Source: Chiloscyllium plagiosum (lineage: Eukaryota). From it: a stretch of 64,000 nucleotides of DNA. A program made the translations under genes and the position numbers. Shown here piece by piece: positions 38,746 through 51,059 of this stretch. The stretch covers positions 59,886,137 to 59,950,136 of the forward strand of contig NC_057718.1 of NCBI RefSeq assembly GCF_004010195.1, read 5' to 3'. Positions within the stretch are counted from its first letter, which is position 1. Each line of letters opens with the position of its first letter. The notes beneath the pieces were generated by a model that did not search any database, was not told the origin of the DNA, and saw nothing but the letters and a program-made list of their open reading frames with translations.

Positions 38746-38837
38746 GATTAGAGTGGTGCTGGAAAAGCACAGCAGGTCAGGCAGCATCCGAGGAGCAGGA
38801 AAATCGATGTTTCGGGCAAAAGCCCTTCATCAGGAAT
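38746..38837 (-). mobile_element. Short Penelope pLTR-derived insertion with hammerhead
   Basis: Minus strand attcCTGATGAagggcttttgcccGAAACATCgattt...; same family as 6769-6850. Confidence 0.85.
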
Positions 38838-39338
38838 AGAGGTATGACATGAATTTGCGTCCAGTGTGGTGTTTATGTTGTCTTCCATAACATAAATAAC
38901 TGGGTATGGATATTGAAGAATCCGACAGACATTATTATTACTATGTACAAACACTGCATTCCTCAAATCTCAAAGTGTCTGGAGAAACATTATGTTGCTA
39001 TGTTCCAACAGAGGAGCATGCTTCTAGGAGAGCGTCATGCGTTATCTGATCTGAGTTTTTTTAGATTGTTATAGCCTCAAATCACATCTATGAGGCAGTG
39101 ATAATATCATGAGCATGTGTCTTAAAATATGTTGGCATATTGACCATGGGACATTACATAGTAGGGAGGTGGTAGTGGGTCTGCTGTATTTGTCACCCAC
39201 CCACTTCTATTGGGATTTTGCTTGCAGTCAACAGTTGCCAAGTAGCCTGATAGCTTATGAAGCCAATTAGGTCTGTAAGTGTCAATTATGGCTTTTAAGG
39301 GTCTCCTCCCACTGCCATTGTATTAACACCAGTAGTGG

Positions 39339-39568
39339 ACCGAATAGAGTGCCGGATGGGAGTGTGTTGGACCTATAATCCAAAAGACGATGGACCAGCA
39401 TACATAATCTGTTGTATGCTGTGTGCGGTGTCAAAGACCAGAGCACTGCTTAGAAGGGGACGAAACCATTTGCATAGCTCATTGCCGGAGTCTGAGGCCT
39501 CTATTCTAATTGCAGAAAAACCGAAGACCAGTGGCTGCAAGGAAGGTAATCAAACTGTTGAAAATGCT
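39339..39568 (+). mobile_element. Insert with degenerate tRNA-iMet-derived head (SINE-like)
   Basis: 39343-39396 aligns at 39/55 positions (counted by hand) with the 5' part of vertebrate initiator tRNA-Met (recalled sequence); cgaaaccat at 39461; flanked by TAACACCAGTAGTGG. Confidence 0.55.
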
Positions 39569-39583
39569 TAACACCAGTAGTGG

Positions 39584-39780
39584 TGTTTCCTTTCTTCCTG
39601 GTGGTGGAATTCAAGTAAAGATTTAAACCCCTGTTGTTCTTCACTGTGTCCTACACCTGCACACACCTGACATGGATGCTGGGGAAAAATAAACACTCCC
39701 GAGTTAGGCGGTAGTATGGGGGTAAGGAAAGACAGAAAAAAAATATAACCAGGAGATTTAGCAAAAACAAAGAAACAAAA
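39584..39780 (+). mobile_element. Retrotransposon-like 3' tail with A-rich end
   Basis: AATAAA at ~39688, A-rich end (caaaaacaaagaaacaaaa), flanked by 15-bp direct repeats at 39569 and 39781. Confidence 0.6.
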
Positions 39781-39839
39781 TAACACCAGTAGTGGATGGT
39801 GTGAAAGCCATGTAACAAGGTGATTGGTGACCTAGTATG

Positions 39840-39953
39840 GGCCCTCTTATGGCACAATGGTAGTGTCCCTATCCCTGGACAAGAGACCCAGGTCCAAGCC
39901 CCACCTGCCCCAGAGGTGGGTAATGATGTCTCTGAACAGATTGATCAGATAAA
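39840..39953 (+). mobile_element. Short tRNA-derived SINE, copy 2
   Basis: tggcacaatggtagtgtccct (A box) ... ggtccaagccccacctgcc (B-box-like); homologous to 12100-12215. Confidence 0.6.
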
Positions 39954-41669
39954 TAGGAACAAGGTGACTGAGTTAAAACTGAGGATGATTATCTTCCACA
40001 CTGGAGTGTTGGGACCTGAGATGAATAACTTGTCCAGTGCTGGATCCAAGCACACTGACACAGTTGGGCAGATGATGTCTTTAGAGGTAAATGGGGTGGA
40101 TATTCAGGTTTCCGTACAGTCCTTCAGAAGTTTGAACTTGGGGCAGAGGGTGTCAGAGATGCTTGAAATGGTTAGCACCTTGGCAGATGCTACTTCTCCA
40201 GTTTGGGTGCTCTTGGGGAACGAGTCCTTTACCTGCTGCATGATGACATGCAAACGTGATACTCACCAATGGATCCTCCATTGATCCAATGTAGGTAATT
40301 CATGATGAGTTAACTTTGGAGGATATTTAATCTATGAACCAAATATTATAGTATTCTATTTAAATTCCATCAATTTAGAACTTTAGTAATGTGTTTAGTA
40401 TCACTTGGCAAAGAAGTGCACCATAAAGTTTTAAATAGAATAAAAGGGCCAATATCTGTTACAGCTGGGTGAGAGATCAACAAGGAAGGAATGATTTGGT
40501 CCTGGTGAAAAAGGAAGGTTTTTGCTTAATTTTGTGGCTGAGGCTAACATGTTTGCACGTTCACACACTCAGGGCTTGAACTCCAAACCATTGATGCATT
40601 CATTGAGGTGTTCCTTGAATTACATTCCAACAAAGTGATGGAAAGGAAAACATCTATCTAAAACTCAAAAAATTAACATAAGCTGTGTAGTAAGCTGGTA
40701 GAGATATTACTTACAGAGAATAATGAAAGATAAAAATTTTATTTCAATCAAATGAATAAGCAGATCCCCAAAGAGACTTAAATAACAGAAAATTTGCTGT
40801 CATGGGTTAATTTAGTTTGTGCTACTGTCATTTTAGATTGAAAATTTAGTTCACAGCTCATTCTTACAAAGGGAAAGGGTAGTGTCTTATCATGTTTCCT
40901 AGAAACATTTACAGGCAGTAAATTGTTTTGAAGATCAGTGTCCAGTTGTTACAGTGGAATTGCATAGTTGGGCTAGAGTACAGAACTTCCTATTCAATGG
41001 ATCCTAACAGTTTGAAAAATAGGAGTTGAATGACATATTTTGGTTGTGCATTAGAAAAGAATTAACTCTTGGAGGGTTTGCTCGAGGACCTCTGATGCAA
41101 AAATTCTAACTCCATTCCTTTATGGATAATTAAAATAATTCAGTCTACCTTCAACTATAAACAATCGTTTACTGATGGAACAGAAAATAAACATTTCTAA
41201 TGACTATTTAAACTAAGAATAACAAATACAGGCTTCAATTCACTGTTTAAAAGACCCCAATTTTTTTTGTACCTATTCAATAACTTGTGAGAAGGACAAC
41301 CAGCACTCCTCTAGTTTTAAGAGACTGACTCATACTTTAGGCTGAATATTCCCATTTTTTTAGCAAATCTTTTCTCAAGTGAACTTCAGGGCAGGCAGTC
41401 TGTCATGTCCCATGATATCTATTCTCATGTAATTTTCAACTTATTAATTGTGTAATTAACCTCTTTGGTGTTTATCTTGTGGAATTGTGCAGAGAAGAAA
41501 TGGACATGCTTACTAAAACTATGACTTCATATTGTTCAGGCTGCTGGAATCATATTAAGCCCCAGACCTTCAATACTTCAGACATTGGAAGTCAGGAACT
41601 GGTCTTTACATTATGGTGTTCCACCATCATTAGCAGGGACATGGTCCAGAAAGAAAAGCTGACTCACAC

Positions 41670-41840
41670 TTTAGGTGGATGAGTTGGTTGAGAAGAAGGT
41701 CATCCTTTTTCCTTATGAGTGCCATAGGAGACCATACTACCAGACCCTGCCAATCTAGTCTGACATAGCATATCTGAGGTGAAACAGAACATACAGCAGT
41801 GCAGGAAGTGCAGCAAATGATCTTTCGAGTTCCACAGTGG
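41670..41840 (+). pseudogene. Harbinger Myb/SANT-like ORF relic
   Basis: VDELVEKKVILF..RRPYYQTLP...QQCRK..NDL resembles the Myb/SANT trihelix protein of Harbinger elements. Confidence 0.45.
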
Positions 41841-44079
41841 TGGAGCTCTTCTCGCTTCTACCTCATACTCATAGGATCACCACAGACTGGAAATCTGCCA
41901 CTGCACATGTCCCAGAGCCTATTCAGGTCCCAGCTGAGGAGGGAGAGCTTGCATCTAAGCAGACCTGGGCTGTCTCTAGGCCCAAATGTCTGTGGGCTTG
42001 ACCTCTCAAGTCTTGCAGGCTAACAGAGTCAACCAGAAAACAGGTCAAACTGCAGAAGCCAAGACATATGGGAGGGGATTAAAAAAAGTCTTGTTGAAGA
42101 AACGTTGGTGGCAGGGGAAACACTTCATTGTAAATAATCTTGCGCTGTTGTAAATATATTATCACTCACACTCTTAAAGTGTGTGCTCCAGTATCTTTGT
42201 CATTGTCAGAACTGGCAAAATTACACCCATTTGAGAGACTAGCAGCCTCTTCACATATCCCAAGATTGAAAGAAGTTGCAATGGCCAAACATTGCCCACC
42301 CCTCACAAGTAATTGTGATTGCATTGAATGTCACAGATAATTGAAACCTGATATTGTTAACTGCAGGCAAGGCACAGTAGCTCAAGCCTATACTCACCCT
42401 GCGAGTTAGAATACAGAATTAGTGATTATTCCATACAGCTCTGGAGGAAAAGTTTCCTTCTTTCAGCTGTTCAAGGGAGTACCCTGTCATTCAAGTTTGA
42501 GAGACGTACAATGGGTGGTTCACATGCCCGCTATCCCACAGTCCTTTGGTCGGTTGGGAATTGCTGTCAAAACAAGTCTTGAGTTGCTGCTGCCAGGTAA
42601 CAGCTCTGATTTCCATGTCAGGATTCAATGTCATCTTGTTTCTTGAAGAAGGAGAGGAAAATCAGGAACTGCAAAGAAATGAAACAAGTTTATCGAGTAA
42701 TGGGATACAAATACATGGAAATAAGATAGTCAGTTCTCAGTATCCGGGTTCAGAACTCTGATTAAAATTAGAATTGTTATTAGCAGAAGTTGAGAATCTC
42801 ATTTTTTCCATTTTCAATGAACTGGCCCCACATTTTCACCATTGCCCAAGTAACTCAAGGAAGTGCAAAATATTCTTTCGGTTTTAAAATGTGGAAGTTC
42901 TCTACCCATCTGTTTATAGAGGTAACTAACACGAGATCCGGTTAAGGGAGACTTTTTACATTTTAAACATGTCTTGTATTAACTTGTGATCTTTTTTCAT
43001 GTTTTTTTTTACTTAAACTATCTGAATGCACAGATGTTCAATAAAATGAAGAGAAAACTCCCACAGCTATGATTCTCAATGGGAACTGATGTCTACAATA
43101 TACCAGACCCAGTACTGACCTGCTCTTGCAAGAAATTAAATTGATAATGATTCCTTAAATTGTAATCACTCTTCCATTTAAACAAATTAAAGATAATGAA
43201 AGAACAATATCTATTCAGTTTCATAATCTACTATCATTGAAAGATGCAGAAAATGATGAGGGAAATCAGATGTGTACAGTCACTGATGAAAACTGAGTAT
43301 TTGAGATCCACTGATTCTCTGAAGGCTTCTTGAATATCCATTCTTTTGCCTTTGAAGTTCTGTGAATGATATAATTAGACACAATTCAACCTGACATGTT
43401 CCTGCATGGACAGTGAGGCTTCCCACTGAATGGACTCTGAACTGTGATTGCTAATATTGAGCTACAACTTGTTTCCAATAATGCTGCTCTCTCACCACAA
43501 TTTTGGCAAAATTAACTACAAAGACAGAATTATTCAAAGTCTGCAGGTGCTGCTCTCCCCTGTTGTTTTTTTGTTCCCCGGCTCAAACTGCAAAGGCAAT
43601 TTAGCATTCCTTAAAGATGGAGAGGTCTGGTGCAGCATGAGAATCAGAATGAAATACATAATAAACCTTCTGAATATTATTGAGGGCATCAAGCAATTGT
43701 AATGGTCAGAGCTGATGAAAGTGCCACAAAAATGAGTGTGAATTAATATTTCTATTTTATTCTGCAACTCAAGGATCAGACTAGAGCACAACAGGAGAGC
43801 TTTACTTTTGTGGGCACCCAGTAGCATGATCAGCTTCAGATAAGATGGTAAGGACACAGGCTAAACCTACAACCCTTCAAGATCTCTGAGTTTGTCCAAT
43901 TCGAGAAATAAAGGAATGGCAATTACATGCGTAGTTCCTGGAGCCTATCGCTCTGGTCAATCTGGTCATGTGTAATCTATAATCTAATTTCAATTACGTA
44001 TCTTCTCCCTATATCCTTTATCCCTTTGGCTGACAAAATCAATCTCAGGCTTCCTACACATCTCTGACTGTCATCACTT

Positions 44080-44357
44080 CCCTATTGAAAGTTGCGTCTT
44101 CAGTAGCCTTGGCTCTAAAGTTTGGAATCCTTTCATTAGGTATCTCTATTGACTACCTCTATTTGACGCCCTCTAGTTCCTCCTTTAACCCGGTCCTGAA
44201 AACTGAAATCTTTGCATAAGTTTTTGATTGCCTTAGGTTTCCTTTATGTCTCAGTATCAACATATGTATCAACTTATTTTTATAATCTTACATTGAAGCA
44301 TCTTGGAACATTTTAATCTTATTTATGCTTCACAAATGCAGCTTGCAGTTGTTGTAG
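44080..44357 (+). mobile_element. L2-type 3' end relic
   Basis: Degenerate L2 tail: cttcagtagccttggctctaaagtttggaatcc...tgaagcatcttggaacatttta...aaatgcagcttgcagttgttg. Confidence 0.55.
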
Positions 44358-44752
44358 ATTAGAGATCAGAAGACTTTTTTTCCCACTACAGAACTTAATG
44401 CACTGCACTATCAATAAAAACAGTTAATCTGGTGTTCATTAATTTGCTCATAAATACCTGAATAAGTATTCACTGGAGAGTGAACACTGCGATGTTTTAT
44501 GATCTAAGTTGATCGAACACTCTGTGAGGCATAAAGGATTTGGTGCTGCTATGGCTAGCAAGAGGATATGTCTATGGAAGGCATGTATAGTGTAGAGGTG
44601 GGAAGAGACACTGTGATGGACTATGACACGGAAGCAGTAATAGAAATGAGCATTTATAATTAATTTAAAATGTTTAAGATCATTTTAAAATAAATGTTCA
44701 AATGTTTTCAAGTGCCTTAAAAGGGCTGTTAACAATGTGTCGCACTTCTAAG

Positions 44753-44836
44753 ATCGAGAGAGTGTGTTGTGAAGGCACAGCAGGTCAGGCAGCACCTGAG
44801 GAGCAGGAGAATCAACATTTCGGGCAAAGGAATGAG
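44753..44836 (-). mobile_element. 84-bp Penelope pLTR-derived insertion
   Basis: TSD gcacttctaag (44742-44752)/gcatttctaag (44837-44847); cacagcaggtcaggcagca...tttcgggc; hammerhead core deleted. Confidence 0.8.
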
Positions 44837-45399
44837 GCATTTCTAAGGTACCAATTATAATTCTTTGAATAATAAGAAACCCAATTCCCCATGACTTTTG
44901 ACATGGAGGTAGCCCCAGAAGAGGAATGTTAAAAATGGACTGTCTGTGGTAGAGGATAAAAGAAGGAAGGAAAGAACTGGGAAGGAGACAAGCCACGTCA
45001 CAGAGCTGAAAGGTGAGCACTGAGAAACATGTTTACGATGCTTGTTATTATTTCTTTCACTTCTAGGTGATTGAATGACTAAAATTGGCCAAAATCTCAA
45101 GTTTCAAAATTTATTATGGTGAGCCTAAAAGGTAATGGCAGTTCAAGTAGATCCACGGTTCCACAACTGACAGGAGCTGAGAGATGAGAAGGTTCTTGGA
45201 TGAGGTGCACCATCATGTGGAAGACTGCATTAGTGGAAGCCGATTTACGTGGAATGTGCAACCTGCAGAAAATCAGCTCAATCTCCTCAACAAAAAGGGA
45301 TTGGAGTTGTGGAGAAGAAAGATCCCAATGTGCCATACAGACAAAGTGGACAACCAAATGATCTGTGACATTTATCCTTGATGTATTTGTGCAATTTCC

Positions 45400-46937
45400 A
45401 GAGTTATAGAGAGTCATAGAGTCATACATCATGGAAACAGGACTTTCATCTCAACTCATCTATGCTGACCAGGTTTCCTCAACTGAACTAGTACTATTTG
45501 CCTGCATTTGGCCTGTATCCCTTTAAACCTTTACTTTCCACACACCCAAGTAATTGTCTTTACAATGTTGTAATTGTATCTACCTCGACCAATTCCTCTC
45601 ACAGCTCTTTTCATACAAACACCACCCTCTGTGTAGAAAAGCTTGCCCCTCAGGCCCCTTTTAAATCTTTTTCCTCTCACCTTAAACCTATACTCTCTAG
45701 TTTTGAACTCCCTTACCCAGGGGAAAATAGCTTAGCTATTCACCCTTTTCAAGGACCTCATGATTTTATAAACCTCTGTGAGGTTACCCCTCAGCCTCCA
45801 ACATTGCAAGGAAAAAGTCCCAGCCTATCCAGCCTCTCATTATAACACAAACCAGTCTCTGTAATATCCTTGGAAATCTTCTTTGCATCATTTCCAGTTT
45901 AATAAACATCCTTCCTAAAGCAAGGTGACTAGATCGGTACATAGTACTCCAAATGTGGTCTTACCAATGTCTTGTCCCCTGTAACATGATGTCCCAACTC
46001 CTATACTCAATGCTCTAACTGATGAAGGTAAGCGTGCCAAATGCTTTCTGCACCATGCTGTCTACTTGTGAAACAATTTTCAAGGAACTATACACCTGGA
46101 CCCCTAGGTCTCTCTGTTCAACAACACTCCTAGGGCCTTACCATTAACTGTGTAAGTCCTGTCAGTGTTTGTCTTTCCAAAATGCAAAACCTCACATTTA
46201 CCTAAATTAAACTCTATCTGCTATTCTTCAGTCCTCTCGCCCAGTTGATCAAGTTCCCGCTGGGCTCTTAAATAAGCTTCTTTACTGTTCATTATACATC
46301 CAATTTTAATGTCATCTCACAAATCACATCTCTTATATTCTCATCAAATCGTTTACATAAATAATGAACAACTGTGGACCCAGCACTAATCCTGGTCATG
46401 GGCCTCCAGTCCAAACAATAACCTTCTACCACCACCCTCTGTCTCCTACTTTCGAGTCAATTTTGTATCCAATTAACTAGCACTCCCTGGATACCAAGTA
46501 ATCTAGCCTTACTAGCCAGTCTACCAAGTGAAACATTGTTGAAGGCCTTGTTAACTTCTTTATCGACAACGTCTACAGCTCTGCCTTCATCTATCTTCTT
46601 GGTCACCTCCTCAAAAACCTCAATTAAGATTGTGAGACATGATTTCCCACACATAAAGCCATGCTGACTATCCCTAATCATACCTTACCCTTCAAAATGG
46701 ATGCACATCCTGTCTCTCAGAATCCAACTTACCCACCACTGATATCAGGCTTGCCAATCTGGGGCTCCCTGGCTTTTCCTTTAAGGCTTTCTTAAATAAT
46801 AGCATAATATTAGCTAGCATTCAGTCTTCCTGCACTCACCTGTCGCAGTTAATGATACATATATCTCTGCTAAGAGCAGTGCAATTTTTTTCCTTAGCTT
46901 CCTACAATGTCCTGGGTTACACCTGATCAGGTCCTGG
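45400..46937 (-). mobile_element. CR1 3' 1.5-kb fragment
   Basis: (AGAGTCAT)-like tail; ORF 46457-46681 IRDSQHGFMCGKSCLTILIEVFEEVTKKIDEGRAVDVV. Confidence 0.88.
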
Positions 46938-47427
46938 TTTGCACTGACTGAGATTTGCCTCTTAGTTTAGAATTAATTTACATTTAACTTACGTAATTCC
47001 TTCACTTGGAGTTGTTTCTTAATTTTGTTTGTTTTGCTTATGGATTCCCGAGGGGATCTTAAATATAGATAAATTGAACTTATTACCTCGTGTCCATGCA
47101 AACTAGCTACAGGTGATACTCACTCACAAACACAAACTTGTTTTCTGTTTACAAAAGGAACACATTCAAATTTTTGATTTATTAACTTATCTGGGAGTTT
47201 GGAGACCCTGTCATTTCCTTGTTGCTTTCTCTACAAAAATGTCTCAGCTAAGTAGGGTTGGTTTACCAATTAGTCTGCCCTTTTCTCCTCAATTATAACT
47301 GAAATTTTGCATTCTTGTATTTGTCATGATGAGTACAAGGTAACAGTTATGACAACATGCCTCTCATCTGAACAATATTCAAGTTCTGTTCCCCCAATGA
47401 ATAAAGATCCTATTATTCAAATAAACT

Positions 47428-47800
47428 AAGGAAAATGGTTGTGCTTGTTGGAGGTTAATTATTTCTGCTCAAAGATATCTCTGCAGGAGTTCCTGTAATA
47501 TTATTGGCTGAACCCTCTTTAGCTGCTTCCTCAATAACCTTTCCTCCATCATAAACTCAGAAGCAGGGATGTTTATTGATGTTAACAAAATATTCAGCAT
47601 CATCATGACTCTCACATATAGAAACACTCCAAACACAATCAGATCCTGGCAACATTCAGGCAAGGGCTGATAAATGGCAAGTAATATTGGCACCTCAAAA
47701 GTGCCAGGCAATGATCATCAGCAAGAGAAAATCTAACCATGGCTCATTGACTTTCAACGGCATTATTGTGTTGAATCCCACAATCCACTATATCCAGGAT
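47428..47800 (+). mobile_element. 'Family B' LINE RT fragment
   Basis: RKMVVLVGG...DISAGVP...LFSCFLNNLSSIINSEAGMFIDV (eroded GVPQGS and FADD motifs). Confidence 0.65.
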
Positions 47801-47864
47801 TGAGTGTAACATCCAGCCTTTCCAACACAACTTGTAACCTTGCTTCAGTTTTCAACTTACTCAG

Positions 47865-48352
47865 CAAGATGGCGGTAGTGGAGTAGGCAACGAGCAGGCT
47901 TCTGAACCTGGGCTTGTCCTCTTCGTCCACTTTTTTTATTTTCTTTGCTTTTGCCCCCTTGTTCTTTTCCCAGTTCTTTTTTAGTTTTCACATATACTAA
48001 AGAGATCTCTGTCATTAGGATGGTGACTTCAATGGGATCCGGAGTGGCGGCATCGTTAGAGGCAGCGAGTTGGCCGGCTTGTGAAGCCTGGAGTTGCATT
48101 TTTGCTTTTGCATTGCATGGGCTGGTGAAGCCCAGAGCAGGACTATTGCAGCGTCACGGTGTTGCCTGGTGAAGCCCAAAGTGGGACTGTAACGACGGAG
48201 GAGAAAAAAATGGACTGTTTTTAAGTTATTTTTCTTTATCTTTTATTTTATTTTAAGTTAATGAGAATGGTGTTGATGCATGGCAATAATATAAATTTTT
48301 CACTATATTTTATATTGAATATTTGTGACAATAAATGATTCAATTCAATTCC
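47865..48352 (+). mobile_element. Non-autonomous Rex1/Babar-like element
   Basis: Starts CAAGATGGCG, GC-rich body, ends tttttcact...tgtgacaataaatga(ttcaa)n, like the Rex1/Babar tail at 3065-3120. Confidence 0.55.
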
Positions 48353-48864
48353 ATTAAACTCGATAAAGTGGGCAGAAGTGAGCCAGTTGTGTCTTAGATA
48401 TTTGGACTTGACTTTTCTTTAAGCCTTTGTTGAAAAAAAAAGTGGTTCACTGTATTATAAGCCATTGCACAGAACTCAATTTAAATCCCATATGCATTCT
48501 CAGCAATTTTAATGCCATTAAAACAACTTCATACATGAAAGACATGTGTTTATAGGTTTCTAGTAATATGTGAAAGGTAATAACTTCTCTCTGTTTTTAG
48601 GCCAGGTTCACTGGACTAAGGAGCATGGAATGTTGGCATCTGGAAGAACTGATGAAGAGGAATCAGAAAAATCTGAGGAAGTAACATTGGAGAACAGTAA
48701 CAGATGATCACCCCAAGAAGATGTTGGAAAATCTGAAGTAAACACATGAAATGTTGCCTAACTTAGAAGTGAATTTTGAAGAATCAGTCAGTAAATTAAG
48801 TAGATAACTTAATTGTAACAAGAAAAATAGAAAAAATTGAGACAACAAAGTGTTAAAAGTAATA

Positions 48865-50225
48865 TTCGCCGAGCTGGGATTTTGTGTTGCAGACGTTTCG
48901 TCCCATGTCTAGGTGACATCCTCAGTGCTTGGGAGCCTCCTGTGAAGCGCTTCTGTGATCTTTCCTCCGGCATTTATAGTAGTTTGTCTCTGCCGCTTCT
49001 GGTTGTCAGTTCCAGCTGTCTGCTGCAGTGGCTGGTATATTGGGTCCAGGTCGATGTGTTTGTTCATAGAATCTGTGGATGAGTGCCATGCCTCTAGGAA
49101 TTCTCTGGCTGTTCTCTGTTTGGCTTATCCTATAATAGTAGTGTTGTCCCAGTCGAACTCATGTTGCTTGTCATCTGTGTGTGTGGCTACTAAGGATAGC
49201 TGGTTGTGTCGTTTCGTGGCTAGTTGGTGTTCATGGATACGGATTGTTAGCTGTCTTCCTGCTTGTCCTATGTAGTGTTTTGTGCAGTCCTTGCATGGGA
49301 TTTTGTACACTACATTGGTTTCGCTCATGCTGGGTATCGGGTCCTTTGTCCTGGTGAGTTGTTGTCTGAGAGTGGCTGTTGGTTTGTGAGCTGTTATGAG
49401 TCCTAGTGGTCGTAGTGCGTCTGTTCAAAAGGGCCACAACACACTGCAGCATACCTGAACTGCAAAAAAAGGAAGAAGAACACCTATACAATGTATTCGC
49501 CAAAAACGGATACCCCCACAATTTCATCAACAGATGCCTAAGGGAAAGACAATGGAATGAGGACATGCCACAACCCAAAGGACTAGCCACGTTACCATAT
49601 ATCAAGAACATTTCTGAACTGACAGCCAGACTACTACGACCACTAGGACTCATAGCAGCTCACAAACCAACAGCCACTCTCAGACAACTCACCAGTACGA
49701 AGGACCCGATACCCAGCATGAGCAAAACCAACGTAGTGTACAAAATCCCATGCAAGGACTGCACAAAACACTACATAAGACAAACAGGAAGACAGCTAAT
49801 TATCCATATCCATGAACACCAACTAGCCACGAAACGACACAACCAGCTATCCTTAGTAGCCACACACACAGATGACAAGCAACATGAGTTCGACTGGGAC
49901 AACACTACTATTATAGGACAAGCCAAACAGAGAACAGCCAGAGAATTCCTAGAGGCATAGCACTCATCCACAGATTCTATCAACAAACACATTGACCTAG
50001 ACCCAATATACCGGCCACTGCAGTGGACAGCTGGATCTGACAACTGGAAGCGGCAGAGACAAACCACTATAAATGCCGGAGGAAACAACACAGAAGCGCT
50101 TCACAGGAGGCTCCCAAGCACTGAGGATGTCACCTAGACAGGACGAAACATCTGCAACACAAATTCCCAGCTCGGCGAATAGAACCACAACAACGAGCAC
50201 CCGAGCTACAAATCTTCTCACAAAC
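48865..50225 (+). mobile_element. Penelope (Poseidon-type) element with long inverted duplication
   Basis: 13-bp TSD gttaaaagtaata (48852-48864, 50226-50238); ORF 49406-49960 = RT C-terminus plus GIY-YIG (NVVYKIPCKDCTKHYI.QTGR..IHEH); inverted arms 48865-49416 and 49633-50179. Confidence 0.93.
48889..48928 (-). ncRNA. Minimal hammerhead ribozyme (Poseidon-type)
   Basis: Minus strand gca-CTGAGGA-t-GTC...GAC-GAAACGTC-tgc; second copy on + at 50118-50155 has ACGT decayed to ACAT. Confidence 0.7.
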
Positions 50226-51059
50226 GTTAAAAGTAATAATTTGATCCAGTAAATGAATGTTATATTCAGATCCCTTAATATATTGTGTGTAATAGATGGA
50301 TGGATGTTTAGTAATGTTAACTTGTAATTCTAAGGGGAATATGCTCTTTCTGTGTAGACACAGATCAAGTAAGATCCCTCCCTTGACATGTAATGAGACA
50401 ACAGTGACAGAGTATGTGCCACTACAGCAGAAACTCATATACTTTCATTAATTCGAAACATGTTTGTTGGCTCAATGAAATTGAATTTTCACTTTCCTCA
50501 TGAAAGCAATTTAAACTAAAATTTCACATTCTTGTTTAACATCCCCTGAAGCCAACTACAAGCAGGCAGCCCAGGGCATGGTGCATGAGGAGCATTTTAT
50601 TTAATGTGTTTAGGCAAACATTCAGAACAAGTGTACTTCTCTGGCATATAGGCTGAATTGCTTTCAGGAATTAATTATTGGGTCAATTAAGATTTATCAT
50701 GTTGTGTCTTAATTAAGGTCACTTCAAATTCAAATACCTATATTCCTTTAAATTAAGGAGATGGCTGTAAACATGTACAAAACTACAGTTTATCTCTGGA
50801 TTGTCAATTGTGTACATATGACTGACAATTGTCATAGACACAAAGTGCTTGGAGAATAGTGATCGGGGTACTTTGGTACTTAGGTCATTTGACTCAACCC
50901 GTGAGGTTTATAATTTTCATGTTACTTTTCTAAAATCACTCATGTTAATTGATATTCTAAGAGCCAATAATGCACCAATTATTGTTTTCAGTGTTATATG
51001 CAATCTATTCTCTTTAGTTTGTGTCCTTATTTACATGTGGCATGACATGGACATTGGGT

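Noticed and set aside
39324..39795. CRISPR-like array
   Set aside because: Vertebrate context, only three 15-bp repeats, ~200-bp spacers and no cas genes. Target-site duplication explains it better.
45184..45381. 65-aa ORF MRRFLDEVHHHV... as a host exon
   Set aside because: No recognisable domain, and no acceptor/donor pair framing it in phase.
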